NCBI GenBank assembly: GCA_051294905.1
Contig: CM119371.1
Location: 10,976,001-11,040,000, forward strand
Direction: 5' to 3'
Length of the DNA stretch: 64,000 bases
Source of the DNA: Botryllus schlosseri
Taxonomy: Eukaryota
Part shown: positions 26,350-39,761 of the stretch, in pieces
Layout: every line of letters begins with the position of its first letter
Position numbering within the stretch: position 1 is the stretch's first letter
Notes under the pieces: model-generated
What the model was told of the DNA's origin: nothing
The model's input: the letters and a program-made list of their open reading frames with translations, nothing else
The model's database searches: none
Position numbers and translations under genes: made by a program

Positions 26350-26640
26350 CTGGTGCGAAATATTTGTTTGTCAGCGGAATACATATTCTCCTGTATCATT
26401 TGGTCATTTTACCAGGATTAAAGAGAAGTATAAGGCTTTAAAATTAGTCTATGAAAAGCGTAACCACTGTACCCATATGAGTCTCATTTCTTTTGACTTG
26501 TAAATGGATAATTTTCAGCACAGTCAACAAAGTGGTTATAACTATAGTATACCTATCGAACGAGAAGCTTAAATCAGGTATCTTTTATAGATTTCAGATT
26601 CGAACAGTAATGAAAGATTCCTATTTTACATTAGGAAGGA
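26350..26640 (+). pseudogene. Decayed Chapaev3-like transposase fragment
   Basis: Motifs NTYSPVSFGHFTRIKEKYKALKLV and NEKLKSGIFYRFQIRTVMKD resemble the family's KLKEGIFxGPQIR motif. A CACTG start lies at about 26077. Family assignment is from memory. Confidence 0.5.
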
Positions 26641-28074
26641 GCATACTGCATGGGATTTACCCTAAGATGTAATGCAATTTACGCATTGGGTTTGTTCTTT
26701 TGCTAAATGATCAAGTGTCGACGGATAATATTTGTTATTAATTATTATTCACGTACTGGTGTGGTTGTGTGTCTAGTGTACTCAAACAAGCAAATAACTG
26801 CTTCGTAATGACAAAAGTTGAAACGAAATACGACGATAGTTTTGCGGAGTGTGGAATGAAGACTCGGGATAAATCTGAAGTGGGGAATGAAGGCAAAAGG
26901 TCGGGAACCACTGCTCTAGCCCGTCTACGGGTCAAGCACGTAGTGGTGACGGAATCGAGTCATTATAAATCATTCACAATCGTGCCATATTTCAGACTTC
27001 ATTCTCGAGATCCAATAAAAATTTTCGACGGGGGTACATTTACCTTACAGGATTGTTCACACGTTACTTTCTCGCAGACATCATCACGCAGAGCGTGATA
27101 GGAGGCTGCAATTCAAAGAATTTGGATCAAATATGTTAAGGTTACTGTAAAATTCCGCAATGTTACAAAATGTTCACAATGCAGAACCTTCCAATCCAAG
27201 GTTCATTTGCGTAGAAGAATCCTTGCGTGCATTTCAGACGATGTGACATTATGATTCTGTTTTGTATAAAAAAATGATTGCATGCTGTGACCTATTCTCA
27301 TAGAGATATCTCACAATCTCTAGTCTGCGTTGGTGCATTATATTGAGCCCGCATTGTCACATATCTATTCAAACCTCATGAAGCAGTGGCATTTGAGTTA
27401 ATAATAACAGGTCCCGTGTCGGTACCAGTGCTTATCGGCTTGTTCGCATATGTGGCATTGCTGGTTACGGGGGTGGTAGACTTCTTGGTCGTGTATACAG
27501 CCGTTACTGAAAAAAAAGAACTAGTGCAATGACTCGTATGGAAAAGCTAACTGATGACTGTAGGTTACTGTTATTAAGTCGAATCATTCGTTATGATGAT
27601 TGGCAATAATGTCTTATATCAAGGTCGATGGAAATTAGAGTGATTTCTGCTCAGAGGTATTGAGAATGATTCAGGCAAATACATTTTCTCTTATATACCA
27701 TTATATTTCTGATGCGATACCACGGTTTCGAAGAAGGCACCGGTGACATTGGCTCCACTAATACCAAATCGCAGTACTATATAGTCTCGAGATAGCTGCG
27801 TTCACTATTTATTAGGAATATTAAAGCCTAATATTGCTGAGATAAAGATACAATTAGGAATGACATTTATCGCCTTTTTAAATCATATATCTTCTTGTAT
27901 TCATTTAGGTATTGATGAATGTGTAGGGGAGATTTGCTGTCGACTATACTGTAGCTTTTGCAACATGGGCGTGAACTCAAAGCTACGCGTCTCAATACGA
28001 CATGAAAACAAAGTTTACCAACGTTTCGTTCAGAAGTAAAGAGTAGGCTACTATCGAAATGTGCAACTAATGAA

Positions 28075-29146
28075 TTGTGTTTGTTTGTTTCTGATATTCA
28101 TGGTGTTAGGAATACATTGGTAATTTTACACCAAGCCGATATCTATATTTTTGATTCCGTATTTACCGATTTGTCGCGCGGCCCACTTTTAGGCTTTTTA
28201 TACGACATCGCTTACACTAGGGCTCTGGTTTAAATCATGCTGATTTAAATCAGTGTGATTTAAATCAGTTTTTTTTTCGTAATTTTTTATTTTAATACTA
28301 CCATTTCGATTTTATTGGTTATTTTGTTTTTTTTTCAAATTTTCTGACAAGATGCGTGAATATGGTTTATTATCGGACAATCATGTGCATTTTATATAAA
28401 CCGGAGATAACATCTCGTCACCGGCACCGGTGTAGTTCAGCTATTTGACAGACAGACGGGAATAGAGCAAAGAGCGATAGTCAACCAATATGTTAGCGTT
28501 TTGCTGTGGATACTAGTTAGTTGTCTGCGACATGCTGCTTCTATTTTCGACGCACTGGTGGGATATCGCAAGCGAAGCGCAATCGGGAGTCTCTATCGAA
28601 TTCAAAAAATTTCCTCATCTCTGATCCAGTTTTCTGGCAGAAATCACTCCATCAATCAAGATGAAAATGCATCTATTATGGATGGTCCCGATTTGATTCA
28701 ACATGTTTCCTCGCTACTAGAACAGATCAGCTATAATTCGGGCGACCCATCATAATCACAGAGGTTTAACGTTTTCAGCTATCTGTATGATAATTCACAG
28801 CCCCACATTATTTAAGTTTAAGCGTTATCCTGTATCACCTTGATTGACATGGTCGTCATTCATCCCATTTTCTTTTGTTCGTGTTGTTGTTAATATGAGT
28901 AAGAAAAACTAAAAACAAACAAACAAAATCATGATTTGAATTATTTAAGTGATTAAAATCGATTTTAATCAAGGCAAAATGATTTAGACCAGAAACCCTA
29001 GCTTACACGGATCTCATGACGAGGACTAGCACGGATAAACCTCCAACATTCAGGTAGGAATTTTGGAGTCGACCTCGGTCGGACTCGAACCCGTAACCCA
29101 TTGATGTTGCAGCTGTGGATCATACCACTACGCTATATCTCGTCAC
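28075..29146 (-). mobile_element. tRNA-derived SINE split by a hAT MITE
   Basis: Minus-strand head TAGCGTAGTGG...CTGCAA...GGTTCGAGTCC (A and B boxes) at about 29065-29140; body AAGTGGGCCG at about 28180; (AAAC)n tail at about 28080. Homologous to 62041-62320. Confidence 0.8.
28218..29000. mobile_element. hAT MITE
   Basis: TAGGGCTCTGG...CCAGAAACCCTA; 8-bp TSD GCTTACAC at 28210-28217 and 29001-29008; GATTTAAATC subterminal repeats. Confidence 0.9.
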
Positions 29147-29269
29147 TAATGAATTGTTTGAAGTACAGACCAAATATCAAAACTTTTGATTATTTTCCGT
29201 AGCATAAAATCCAGATTAAGATTCTGTTACGAGGATTAACCCGTATTCTCGTGTGTCACTAACGTGATG

Positions 29270-30190
29270 AAGTAGTCGCATTGAGCTGGTGGTCGAATAT
29301 TTTATACCGGCTCTTGTCCTTATCAAATTGTCTTGCAATGTGGCGTTGCTTTATACGGAAGTTGTGGAATCATTCGCCGTGTGTGCAATCGTATAATGGC
29401 AATTTGCCCTTCACAAATCAAACTGGGTGTTCTAGAAGGTGGATGTAGAACAGCTCAATATATTTTCAGCGGTCCAGGAAGCCTATTAGAGGAACATGAT
29501 GCATAGGAAAATTTGGAAATGTCATAACGTACGTTACATAACATCTGTTGATACCGGACGGCTGAATGGTGATGTTGTAAAATTGCAAAGTGCAATGGCC
29601 ACCAAGGGTTTTGATAAACCACAGTATATTGGTTGCCAACGTCCTACTCTTGAGCCTTTAGCAGGTATCAGGGTTCTTTAATCCAACGTCTTCAACAAAT
29701 CAAACTATCACCTACAAATTTGTAGTTGATGTGGTAAAACACTATAAAAACTTTGTGCAATTCACCAGCAACAGATTCAGATGAAAATATTAGAAAACCC
29801 AGAATGGAGGGATAATTCTAAGTTTATCTTTGAGCAGTGCAGAGCATGCCGCTATTTCCAAGAAAATGGTAGATTACCGCTAATGAAATGACATAAACGC
29901 AATGCGAGATGGATCTCAAGAGCCATGATTGATTACTTCATAATGCCCAGATAGAGGGTAGCTCTGGAGATAACATGCTTATGCATCGGGAATGCGTGTG
30001 GGGAAGTCTGGATTTCCAACCAGAGGTCTAAAGATGGAATATACCAAAGATTATTCCATGCTATCTCCGATAATTCCGATGTAGATGTCCCAGGTACAAA
30101 CATAATTGCAGAAATGGATGTAAAGTTGATGGAAGAACATTACCAAAAGTGCAAAAGCACAAATATCTGAAGCTTGAATTCATAGCATAG
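29270..30190 (+). pseudogene. Decayed DDE transposase, cc8K15.2-like type (copy 1)
   Basis: Across frames: TSVDTGRLNG..., PQYIGCQ, RNARWISRAM, TNIIAEMDVKLMEE. These resemble the DTTxxNTG / CxHH / ARW / NxxAERxVKL motif series. Many stops and frameshifts. Confidence 0.6.
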
Positions 30191-30297
30191 AATTACTTTT
30201 CAATTGTATTTTTTTACATTTGAACCAATATCGAAACTTGAACTTAGTTGGTGCGGATGAACTCAAAACTGAACGGTGAACAAAATAATGTTACAAT

Positions 30298-32537
30298 TAA
30301 TGTTCCCTCTAATTTTTCACGAGTATGCGCAAACACGCCAACTCATTGCGCAGGCCCTTGGACAACAGTGGGCAACCAGGCTCCCCATAGGGTAATAAAC
30401 CAAACTTCTGGGGACCTGCGCCATCCAGACCCCCCATCGGGCTTTGCGCATTTTGCTGCTATACTCATTATCTACATTTGGTAGATGTGCCGCCTAAACG
30501 CGCGAAGCACGAAAAAGTTCTATAATTCATGATCGAATCGGTATATAGCTATCAATTTTTATGCTCTCTCTGCTCACGTAATCAGATTAACCGGTAGAGC
30601 TGATCGAATGGGGTCTGTTGGAAAAGGTAGGACCCTTAAATTATAATTAAACATCTTCGGGCGTACCCGTTGGTATAATGACTTCGTTACAGGATGCTAT
30701 TTTGTGACTTCCATGCTGTTCACATTTCACCATCCGAAAATTCGTTTGCTATTTTGGCTTCTCGACATATTTTACAGAGCAGACTTTCTCGCTCGAAAAT
30801 GAAAAATCTAATCTAATTTTATAGTTTTGTCTTCCGTTCCGTGACGTCACAATAAATCCGCGTATACATGGTGACATACTATAGGAGACAGACACACACG
30901 TACGAGAACGCACTTCAAATCAATACGTGCTATCGATGTAGGCCAGAGGTGGCCAACCTTTTTGCTATTCACGGCCGCATTTTGACTATACTGACGTAGC
31001 CAATAAATGGCCGCATTCCATGTTAAAATGTCTGTGACCATTTCCAGTGAACTCCGGACTAAGCTATTTAATCACATAGGCTTACTATACGCACCAAGGA
31101 CGCGATTGGTGACTGTGTGGTCTTGTTATGGCTCTGTACATAGTCGCGCCAAGCGCAAACAAATTTTCAGTTTCACAGATGGATTTCGTCATTAATATTA
31201 GTAGTTTTATTTAGTACTATCACACTGTTATCCTTTCTTAGTCCATGTAATCAGATTCACTGGTAAGGTTGATGCAGGGTGTTTTCAAAAATTTAGGGCA
31301 AGTTATAAATGATAATGCGTCTGGGTATGGGCCAATCGTTATTAGTAACTTTGTTGCATGCCGTCATTTCTTGACCTTCCGTCAGGATTGTTGGTATAGT
31401 CAGGAGCACACGATTGCCAGTTTGTATTTCAATATGGAGCGCATCATTTTCATCTGCTGTTCGAATCTGAACTGTGGGCACTGCTTAAAAAGGGCGCTAC
31501 TATATATTAAAATCCAAAAATGAAGTCACATTGAATCGCGCGCAGCGCGAAGAAAATTTCAAGATCAGAAAAAATATCTAAAGAAATCGAGAGTCAATTC
31601 GCAAATTCAAATTGCATGTCGACGGCCGCCAGCACATACTAATTGCATTCCGTGTCTACGGCCGCACAAATCTCCTTTTACGGCCGCAGGTTGGTTACGC
31701 CTGATGTAGGCCTACCGCGTTAGAACACTGATGTGGCGTCTTAATACCAGCAATGCACTCATTACTATCAATACCACCAGTCAGCTATAACGATATGAAT
31801 ATTCAAGTCTGACTGAAGCAAGAACAATATCAGCGTATGACCTTATCGACAGAAGATTCCCGTTCAAACAAATCGAATAAAATCAAAATTTGTGCTGCTG
31901 AGAAGATGATGTAGTTCAATGCCCTACAGTGCACAGTTGCAGCATTTCCCGACCAACGTTTGCAAGGGGATGGATTTATTTCAACGATAGTGGTGCTTGC
32001 ACTTGCATAATCTGCATATTATGCTATCTCAGAACGTGATCAGATTTGCCTGATGAAAATGATGACTTCGAAAATACACGGCATGTAATTGTACAATAGA
32101 TCTTATGCAATGTTTATGCCACGCGGAGATGACTATTCGTTAGTTTCTCACAGATTAACTTCGAGCTAGCCCACTTTGTTAAACCATGATATTTCGCCAT
32201 TCCCGGAAAAGATTGCGCTATAGAAATGATATCTAAAAGAAATATATCTTTCGTGGGGCGCACGTCATTGCAAATTATCATTTCTTCACAGAGCGCAATA
32301 TTTACCTTTACGGGCCGCACTTGTACCTCGGTTTCAGACTTCAGCGATAACGCTATTTTCCCCTGGCAATGTTTTTCACGAGTCTGCGTGCTTGCGCGGT
32401 CCCTTGGACAACGGTGCGCAACGACTAAAAAAAAGTCATCACTTCGGATTTTTTTGTGCGCAGCTTAGATTTTCTGTGCGCAGAGACCGTTTCACCACTG
32501 CGCATTTGCGCACGTGCGCAGCTTAGAGGGAACATTG
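30298..32537. mobile_element. hAT-type non-autonomous element with a nested insert
   Basis: TIRs AATGTTCCCTCTAA/TTAGAGGGAACATT; degenerate TSD GTTACAAT/GTTACCAC. Confidence 0.7.
30944..31703. mobile_element. hAT MITE nested in the 30298-32537 element
   Basis: CAGAGGTGGCCAACC...GGTTGGTTACGCCTG; 8-bp TSD ATGTAGGC at 30936-30943 and 31704-31711. Confidence 0.88.
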
Positions 32538-32922
32538 GTTACCACAGGTCCTCTTTTTTTTAACTGTTTTGAAAGTGTGCTCGGAGGATGCTCTTTTGGT
32601 CCTCTTATTTGAGATTTTGTCCTTTTTCTTGATAATTTTGGTCATAGTTATAGCAAAATCTTACTGATATGCCGTAAATCAGCACCGAAGTGACGCTCCG
32701 GCGGGTATTTCGGGAGCTGAATGGTAAGTTGACCTTTTTTTATTAGTCAACTACCTGAAAATGTGTATTTTGGGCACCGAGCAAGAAAGTTAACCTATTT
32801 TTAGTCAACCGACCACGAAGTGGGTAAATTCTACCATTTTTTGAGAATTCTCCTCCGGCTTTGCAAGTCTGAAAAGTGTCCTCTTTTTAGATTTCCAAAA
32901 TATGGTAACCCTAGGTAAATAC

Positions 32923-33475
32923 TAGGGATGGTGTTAACGCGAGGTCCACGTTCGCGTTATGTGTGTGAAGCTCTGAAATTTGGAAGTTCACATTGGTAGT
33001 TTCTGCACTGTGAGCCTTTTCGATGTATCACCATTATTCACGTAGTTCACGTAGTCTTTGGTTGCAATTCTTTTGCATTTCACCTTCAGACCACTCTCCA
33101 CGTGGCGCAGGCCACATGAAAAAAGATTCAGAACTAAACGACCATGCACCTTGCGAGTTACAAAAATTGGCTCTGAATATTAATCTTTCCGTTTGTGAAT
33201 CTTTACTTTTTGAAAATATAATAGCATTTCATTGTTCCAGTTGATGCATTATATGACGTTTAAAAATTCAGCATGTACTTCGTCGACATTGTGGCATAAT
33301 AGGGCTTGAGTCGTCGCTAGTTATCATGTATATTAATATATGATTTTTTGGAAATTTAGGGTTCGAATTAGCAATATGACGTCACGTGACGTCATAGGTT
33401 CGCGTTCACACAGAACCTGCCAAAAAGGTTCGCGTTGATACGAACCACAACCTTTCAGAGGTTCGCACCATCCTA
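32923..33475 (+). mobile_element. hAT MITE (TAGGGATGGTG family) that predates the duplication
   Basis: TAGGGATGGTG...CACCATCCTA; TSD GTAAATAC at 32915-32922 and 33476-33483. The same insertion is present at 62882-63442. Confidence 0.88.
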
Positions 33476-34074
33476 GTAAATACGTTTGACATAAACTATG
33501 ATTTGGCATATGGAGTTTGGAAAGGCTGCAATATGTTAGATCAACCATGAACCTCAGCTAAGACGTGTGAGCGTTAGCAATATCATTTGAGTAGCGACAA
33601 TCATTAAGTGACTCAATGCAAAAATTATGTTGAAAACCCTACGGATGCCCGAAACAAGCGATTGCGGGTGGCTGAACAAAATGCTGTCCCGGTCCGATCT
33701 GGATTGTAGGTACGAGAAAATTTCATGAAGGCTCAAGGTTAAGGAGCAATGATCGGTCACGCGTAATCTTGTCTGCTTGATCCACTCGTATTTTCACATT
33801 GTCGTGCAATTGCACCGGTATGCGTGTAATTTGACTCGTTTCTCATACGAATCGCTGTACATTGAATTACGTTCTCATTCGTTCGGACATATCACATGGT
33901 GGACATATTTCACAATATTGCATTGAAAGTATTTCGCGAACTGTAAATGGTTGGAAAGCTCGAAACACGATATAAATTAAATGTTGTAATATTAAATCCA
34001 AATTTGTTATCATCTTGTAATGTATCGCCGTCGATCAACCCTCGTCATCCTTCAACGAGTCCCAAAGCGAATAT

Positions 34075-34294
34075 TTATATTTCAACGACCTCATAGCTGA
34101 GGCCACTGGCTTGTGCAGAATTGGAAGTCACGTCGATCACTGATTCATACGCATTTCTGTCTTCGAGTTGCCTTCCAGAACATATTCCATCGCTGTCGTA
34201 CGGCGATTGCTCTCGTGATCCATCCAATTCATAAGTTTCGTATTCGTTCACTTCTGATAGAGCATTTGAACTGTTGTCTTGTTTACGTCCATTT
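34075..34294 (-). CDS. Last exon of a single-pass receptor: tyrosine-motif cytoplasmic tail
   Basis: Acceptor tttcaag|A is phase 2 and matches the TM-exon donor. Encodes RNGRKQ...NEYETYEL...SPYDSD...NAYESV...LSYEVVEI-stop. Confidence 0.8.
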
Positions 34295-35075
34295 CTTGAA
34301 AGCATTAAAATTATATGCTTTAATATGTATCCGTTTCAATTTACGTACTGAATCAGTGTATCGATATCGCACTACTGACTACACGAACGTGTTAGGATCA
34401 AGACCCTACCTTCGAATCATAAGTCATATCGAGTAATTACGCATTTTGACTCGAATCACGTCAAGTCAATCGATTTTGGAAGGTGACACGAGTCAATTCA
34501 AATCACTCGAATTTATGTAGCTCAAGGTCATCTTCGAGTCAAGTCAAGTCACAAAGTCATGTCAAATTTCGGAAGTAGACAATGAGGCATCTCAGGCCGT
34601 GTTAATTTTGACAAATGCCAAGCTTATTTTTTGGGATTTTTCAGATTTTATTTTTGACAATTTTGGCATCGCCATGAATTCATATTTATCGACTCAAATT
34701 AGCAATGTAAATTGCTTAAGTTTTGTCTTTCTTATGAACTAAAAGTCACAAAACATGCAGTATCCACACTTTGCCATCAAACAGCAATATTTTAATCCGA
34801 ATTAAAAACGATGTTTGAAACCAAACTTATCCGCTACAAAACCGAGTGCTTCTTCACTATCTATTCTCAATTCTCGATTCGCTATGCCTACAACATTTCC
34901 GGAATTCACACAGGTCACAATACGCTACATACAAAATTATAAAACGGATATATCTTTTAAACTAGAGCTGATCAACAATTTTAATTGACATTTTTTGATT
35001 CAGCGTACAAAGAAAAGAAAAGGAGTAGACTGTTTTCTTATCGGAAACAAACAATTTTTAAAAATTTGTGTAACA

Positions 35076-35607
35076 CAGTGGTTCCCAAACTTATTCTACT
35101 TCTGGCACACTGGAGGAATTATAAAACTCTCGCGGCACACTTGGGCCGAGAAAATATGCTTTTATAAAGATCAGTGTCTCTTAATACATGAACATGACAT
35201 ACCCAATAGAAAGGAAGTTGAATTGTTCATAAATCTACCCTCATTTTGTCATTAATTCTATACAGTTTCTCTCGTTTAGAGCTGTTAATTCAACTGAAAT
35301 AATAAATGCCATGTCTACCTAGCCATGAGTATACAAATTCTAACAGAACATTGATTGTTTTGCATCAATTATGGACTAGGATCTGCCAGCCGACGTCAAA
35401 AAATCATACAGTTTCTTTTGAAGAAAAAACTTGATTTAATATGATGTTATCACTAATTTCATTGTTACTTGTGCGTATATATCAGCTGTTGAAGAAGTTA
35501 AAGCGCCTGTACGTCGCATTTGCTAGTCTTCGGGCATTTTTCAAAATATTTATAGAGATCTGTGGTGGCACGCCTTTGTAGAGCAGCACACAGTTTTGTA
35601 AACACTG
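35076..35607. mobile_element. hAT (Charlie-like) MITE in an intron
   Basis: CAGTGGTTCCCAAAC...GTTTTGTAAACACTG; TSD not clear. Confidence 0.65.
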
Positions 35608-36108
35608 GTAATAAATACGGCATGGTTTAAAACCTTCACCAACAGCTATACGCGATCATAGAAGCGAATTGTCCGTGTAGTGATCGACCAGCAGTATTGC
35701 AACAATTCGCCATGACATATAAGTGCCAATATTTATTATATATTAATAAATGTTTACTCATTATGTGGGGCTGCCATTATACCAAAAATACTACATATAT
35801 TAACATTCCAAGCCTGGTCTACTAAGATGACGTCATCATGAATGGAACTCAGATACTGGACTGGACTCCGAATCGACAGATCATTACGTTGCAGCGACGC
35901 GATTCTTTCTGTATCTCGAATATGACAACGACTCCTGATGAGAGTCGGTCGAAATGCTCTGACTGGATAAAACTTGACAGTATGAACATATTGCTTCTTG
36001 TGATTATCAAAATATAGAATATGCGAAAATAAGTATAAGTAATTTTCAGAAATTGTGGAACGATTTGCAACGTTTTTGTAGATGACGTCAGCCGCAACAA
36101 AAACTCAC

Positions 36109-36211
36109 CTAATGTATATCAATATGAAAACTCCAATGAAAATCAGCAACAGGAAGCTTGCCGCAGATGCAATGATTGGAATACTAGTTTCCTGACTTTC
36201 AGAATCCATGT
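36109..36211 (-). CDS. Transmembrane exon of the receptor
   Basis: cctttcag|AC...ATTAG|gtgagt; 103 nt, phase 1 to 2. Encodes DMDSESQETSIPIIASAASFLLLIFIGVFILIYIR, a hydrophobic helix followed by basic residues after splicing. Confidence 0.85.
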
Positions 36212-37166
36212 CTGAAAGGAATGAAGAGTCTTCTTACCGCTTTAAAATTACCATCGATGCAGGTGATGTTGTTGCTTCAGTATTTTTGCTGTTTCGAATT
36301 CTTTAGTCATTTTACACCAGACCGATATTCTTCCAGATCGATATTCTTAATGGCGAATGCTTTGCTCAACTTTTCGCACGACCCACATTCGTCTTGGAAT
36401 TTCCCCGAGACACCGCCTTTCCGTAACGGGTGGCGCTAACGAGTAGGTAAACTTCAAACCATTCTAAATTTTGAACTCAATAGGCCTTTTGCAGGACTTC
36501 GATCACGTGACTAGATACGCATAGCAACCACAAATTGGTTAGCAAGCTACTTTCTCGCGCACCTGCTTCAGTGCTAAATATCGCATAGTGTACTGTTGAT
36601 TTCTGGTTGTAAACGTTTCGGAAATCTGTTGCAGAAGTCGTCAGAGATTTACCTTTGCTAGATGTCAATCCTCTACAAAGCACATAGAATGATATTGTCA
36701 TTTCGCCAATTTGACAGATATGCGTAACTTGATTATAAATTGATGCATTCTATCACATATAACCAATATGAGAAATGTTTTGTGTTGTTTCTTTCCTTAT
36801 TGTTCACGTAACACTTGTAAGATTTAGGGGCATATGGCACTACCACTGAGCTATATAAACACTGGAGTGCGCTACTCGCGATATTTGCGTGATCACTAGA
36901 AGCAGTTGCATTGTGGGTCGTAAGCTGGTCGATTTAGTACAGGAGCTTATGGAGAAGCATCCAGTGTTTAAATATATTTGATTCCTAATGAGTTTGTAGT
37001 ATTTTATACGGATGGATCTTTCAATGAATAATTATCGTAACATTCAGGATTTGTTTAAGCCCAATATCTTATTTTTATATCTGTGTTATCTGAGTAGTTC
37101 AACATGTCAAAGATATCTCGTTCTGGTGGTAGTGTTTGCTGCGCCTATATGGGTGCAGTAAAATAT

Positions 37167-37447
37167 GGTCCGTGGACATATGAGCATGCCACATTACAGC
37201 GTGCGACAACTTGGCATGCGACACATGAGCATGTGGGTTAAAGTACGGGTTAGGGGTAGATTAGGGTTGGATTTATGGTTGGGTTAGGGTTTAGGTTAGG
37301 TTAGGCTATGTAGGTTAAGTGTGGCTATGTTTCGGGTTAAGGTAAGTTTTTGGGTTTTATAGTCACATGCTGAAGTGACGCATGCTGATGTGTTCCATGG
37401 TGAACTGTCGTGTTCCATTGTGTCGCATGCTCATATATCGGGCAACC
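37167..37447. mobile_element. MITE-like element with a degenerate TTAGGG core
   Basis: Inverted ATATGAGCATGC/GCATGCTCATAT near the ends; central GGGTTAGGG-like tract at 37247-37340; flanks GTAAAATAT/GTAAATAT may be a TSD. Confidence 0.55.
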
Positions 37448-38076
37448 GTAAATATATCCACGGAGTCATATAAGAAGTAATAGCGACGGTAGTAGCGATG
37501 AAGAGTCCTTGGTACAGCGTCGGTATCCAAGAACATTTCACAGGTGAGTGAATGGCAGAATACGGTAAGCAGATCGGGAAGACTATCCTTGAATCAGTTT
37601 CTATTTTAAATTTCACCTGTCCATCACAGTCAATGACCAGATAAGCCACAGTAGTAATGAATAGGCCATGTTATATTGTCATTATACCAGAACGTTTTGT
37701 CACAGGTATATGAACGACGCTATTATCATAGCAGACTATGCCAGCAGTCCCAGCACCATATCAGTTCATCAGTATCTGTAGTAGCATGTCCACCTAGCTC
37801 ACTGTTTGTATTCTGTATGGGCAGTTCAGCCAATAATTAGTTACTTCTCAATCCTTGCTTAAAATTGTTGTGTGGGTAGGACTAGAGGTAAAGGTATAAT
37901 TGACGGCCTATGGGTTTTGTCCAGTCCTCGAACTCTTGAATCGGGTTCATAAACGTTTGACCCGCAACGATCAAGGCCATCAGTCATTGATAAATCATTG
38001 TGTTCAACAATGAACTTGATAAATATTCATGGTAGCGCAGGTCATGATGATTTCAGGACTGATAGTGGTGAATACG

Positions 38077-38590
38077 TAGGGTTACCATACGTCCTCTTTT
38101 AAGAGGATTTGTCCTCTTTTTTGACATTTTTGAAAGTGTCCTCGGAGGACGGCCTTTTGTCCCCTTTTTTGAGATTTTGTCCTCTTTTTTGAAAATTTAG
38201 GCCAGATTTAGAGCAAATTGCGAGTGATATGCCGTAAATTAGCACATAAGTGTCGCTGCGGCGGGTATTTCGGAGCGACAAACGGTTATATCAGCACTGA
38301 GTTAGAAGGTGACCTTTTTTTAGTCATCTACCTGGCAATGCGGAGAGAAAAACGGTATTTTGAGCAATGAGCGGAAAGATCACCTTTTTTTTAGTCATCC
38401 ACCAGACAATGCGGAGAGAAAAACGGTATTTTGGGCTCTGAGCGGGAAGTTGACCTTTTTTTGTTTTTTAGTCAACCGATCACAAAGTGGGAAAAATTAA
38501 CCGATTTTTGAGAATTCTTATCCGGTTTTGCAAGTCTCAAATTTCTGAAAAAGTGTCATCGTTTTAGATTTCCAAAATATGATAAGCCTA
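38077..38590 (+). mobile_element. TAGGGTTACCA-family MITE (second copy at about 32536-32913)
   Basis: TAGGGTTACCATA...TATGATAAGCCTA with GTCCTCTTTT subterminal repeats; body homologous to 32536-32913. Confidence 0.8.
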
Positions 38591-39761
38591 TAATACGGCT
38601 CTCCCATTTTTATTGTAAATGCTAGCAATAATCTGGCCAATGAAATGTCGTTAAGCGATAATTGCAAGAAAAGAATGTAGGAACACAAAAATGGAACATA
38701 ATGAGAGGAAGAGTTTGCATTCAGTCATCGTGGATGTAAGCTCTTGTCCATATCTGTTAAGGTCCGTTCAATAATTACAAAGGTAGCAACCACACACCAT
38801 AGCTTTGCCACGAATTACGCAACGAAGACAGATTTACGGAGTAATCAGATTAATGAGTTGAAATCTTCCTTACATGCCCATCCGCACTTAAAGGAACTGC
38901 TCCTCACTCACACTGCTATGACGTCATGCAAGCCTGATTTAAAAGACTTTGCGGCCGAGGTAGCGTATCACCAGTCACCACAAAATAACAAACTCCATTC
39001 GATAGCCTGTATTTCATTGTGACGTAGCCTAATAGAATCGTATTTTTGGTATTTTATGTCGTGGCTCTTTTAGAACTATGATTTTAGATATGCGTCTCGC
39101 GCATGAACCAGGTATGCTCACCTCTGCTATACAACGACGATTTAATGGTAACAAGTGCAAACGTAGATCTTGGCCATTAGCAAAACTATATAATCACGCC
39201 ACTTTATTATGAGTCGCCCGTAATTTACGAAGTACTTCTACTTTTGAATTTGCCTCCTTCTACCACTTACTCAAACGTTTATGTTTTAAACCAATTCCAC
39301 TTCCAGTTGGCCGTTTTGTTAGCAAAACCTATTACTTCTTGGACTTAATATTTTGTGAAGTGAAAAATAGCTTCGGAGTTTGTTTACATCATGTCTGTGA
39401 TGGAAATTGTCATACCAACTGGGCGGAATAGCTCCGGTACCACGGCGGCTTGGCATATTCCGATTTCCGCTTATTTGCGGTGTTATTAATAATTTTACAT
39501 TAATTACTAAATTGTAAAAGTTGTCACCTTCGAATAAATGTTAAAGGTATGCGACTCTACAACCAAACATTTCAGCGGAGAGAAATGTTTATTGATTTGT
39601 CAAACAGAAATGAAAGAAGACTCCTTCAAACTCCAAATACAAGAGAAATAATTTTACGCGATTTCGATTCAGAGACATCGACTACATGCCGTGGTTTGTC
39701 TAAGTCTCACCGTGAGAATCAGCCACGAGCGTTACATTATAAGTTATCAGTTATCACATAC

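Larger units (their letters stand above)
3388..33893 (+). repeat. Segmental duplication, copy 1
   Basis: Collinear matches to copy 2: 3390-4770 with 45360-46750; 23387-25170 with 46751-47910; 27270-30230 with 50740-58270; 32915-33893 with 62874-63883. Roughly 80% identity by eye, with different transposon insertions in each copy. Confidence 0.9.
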
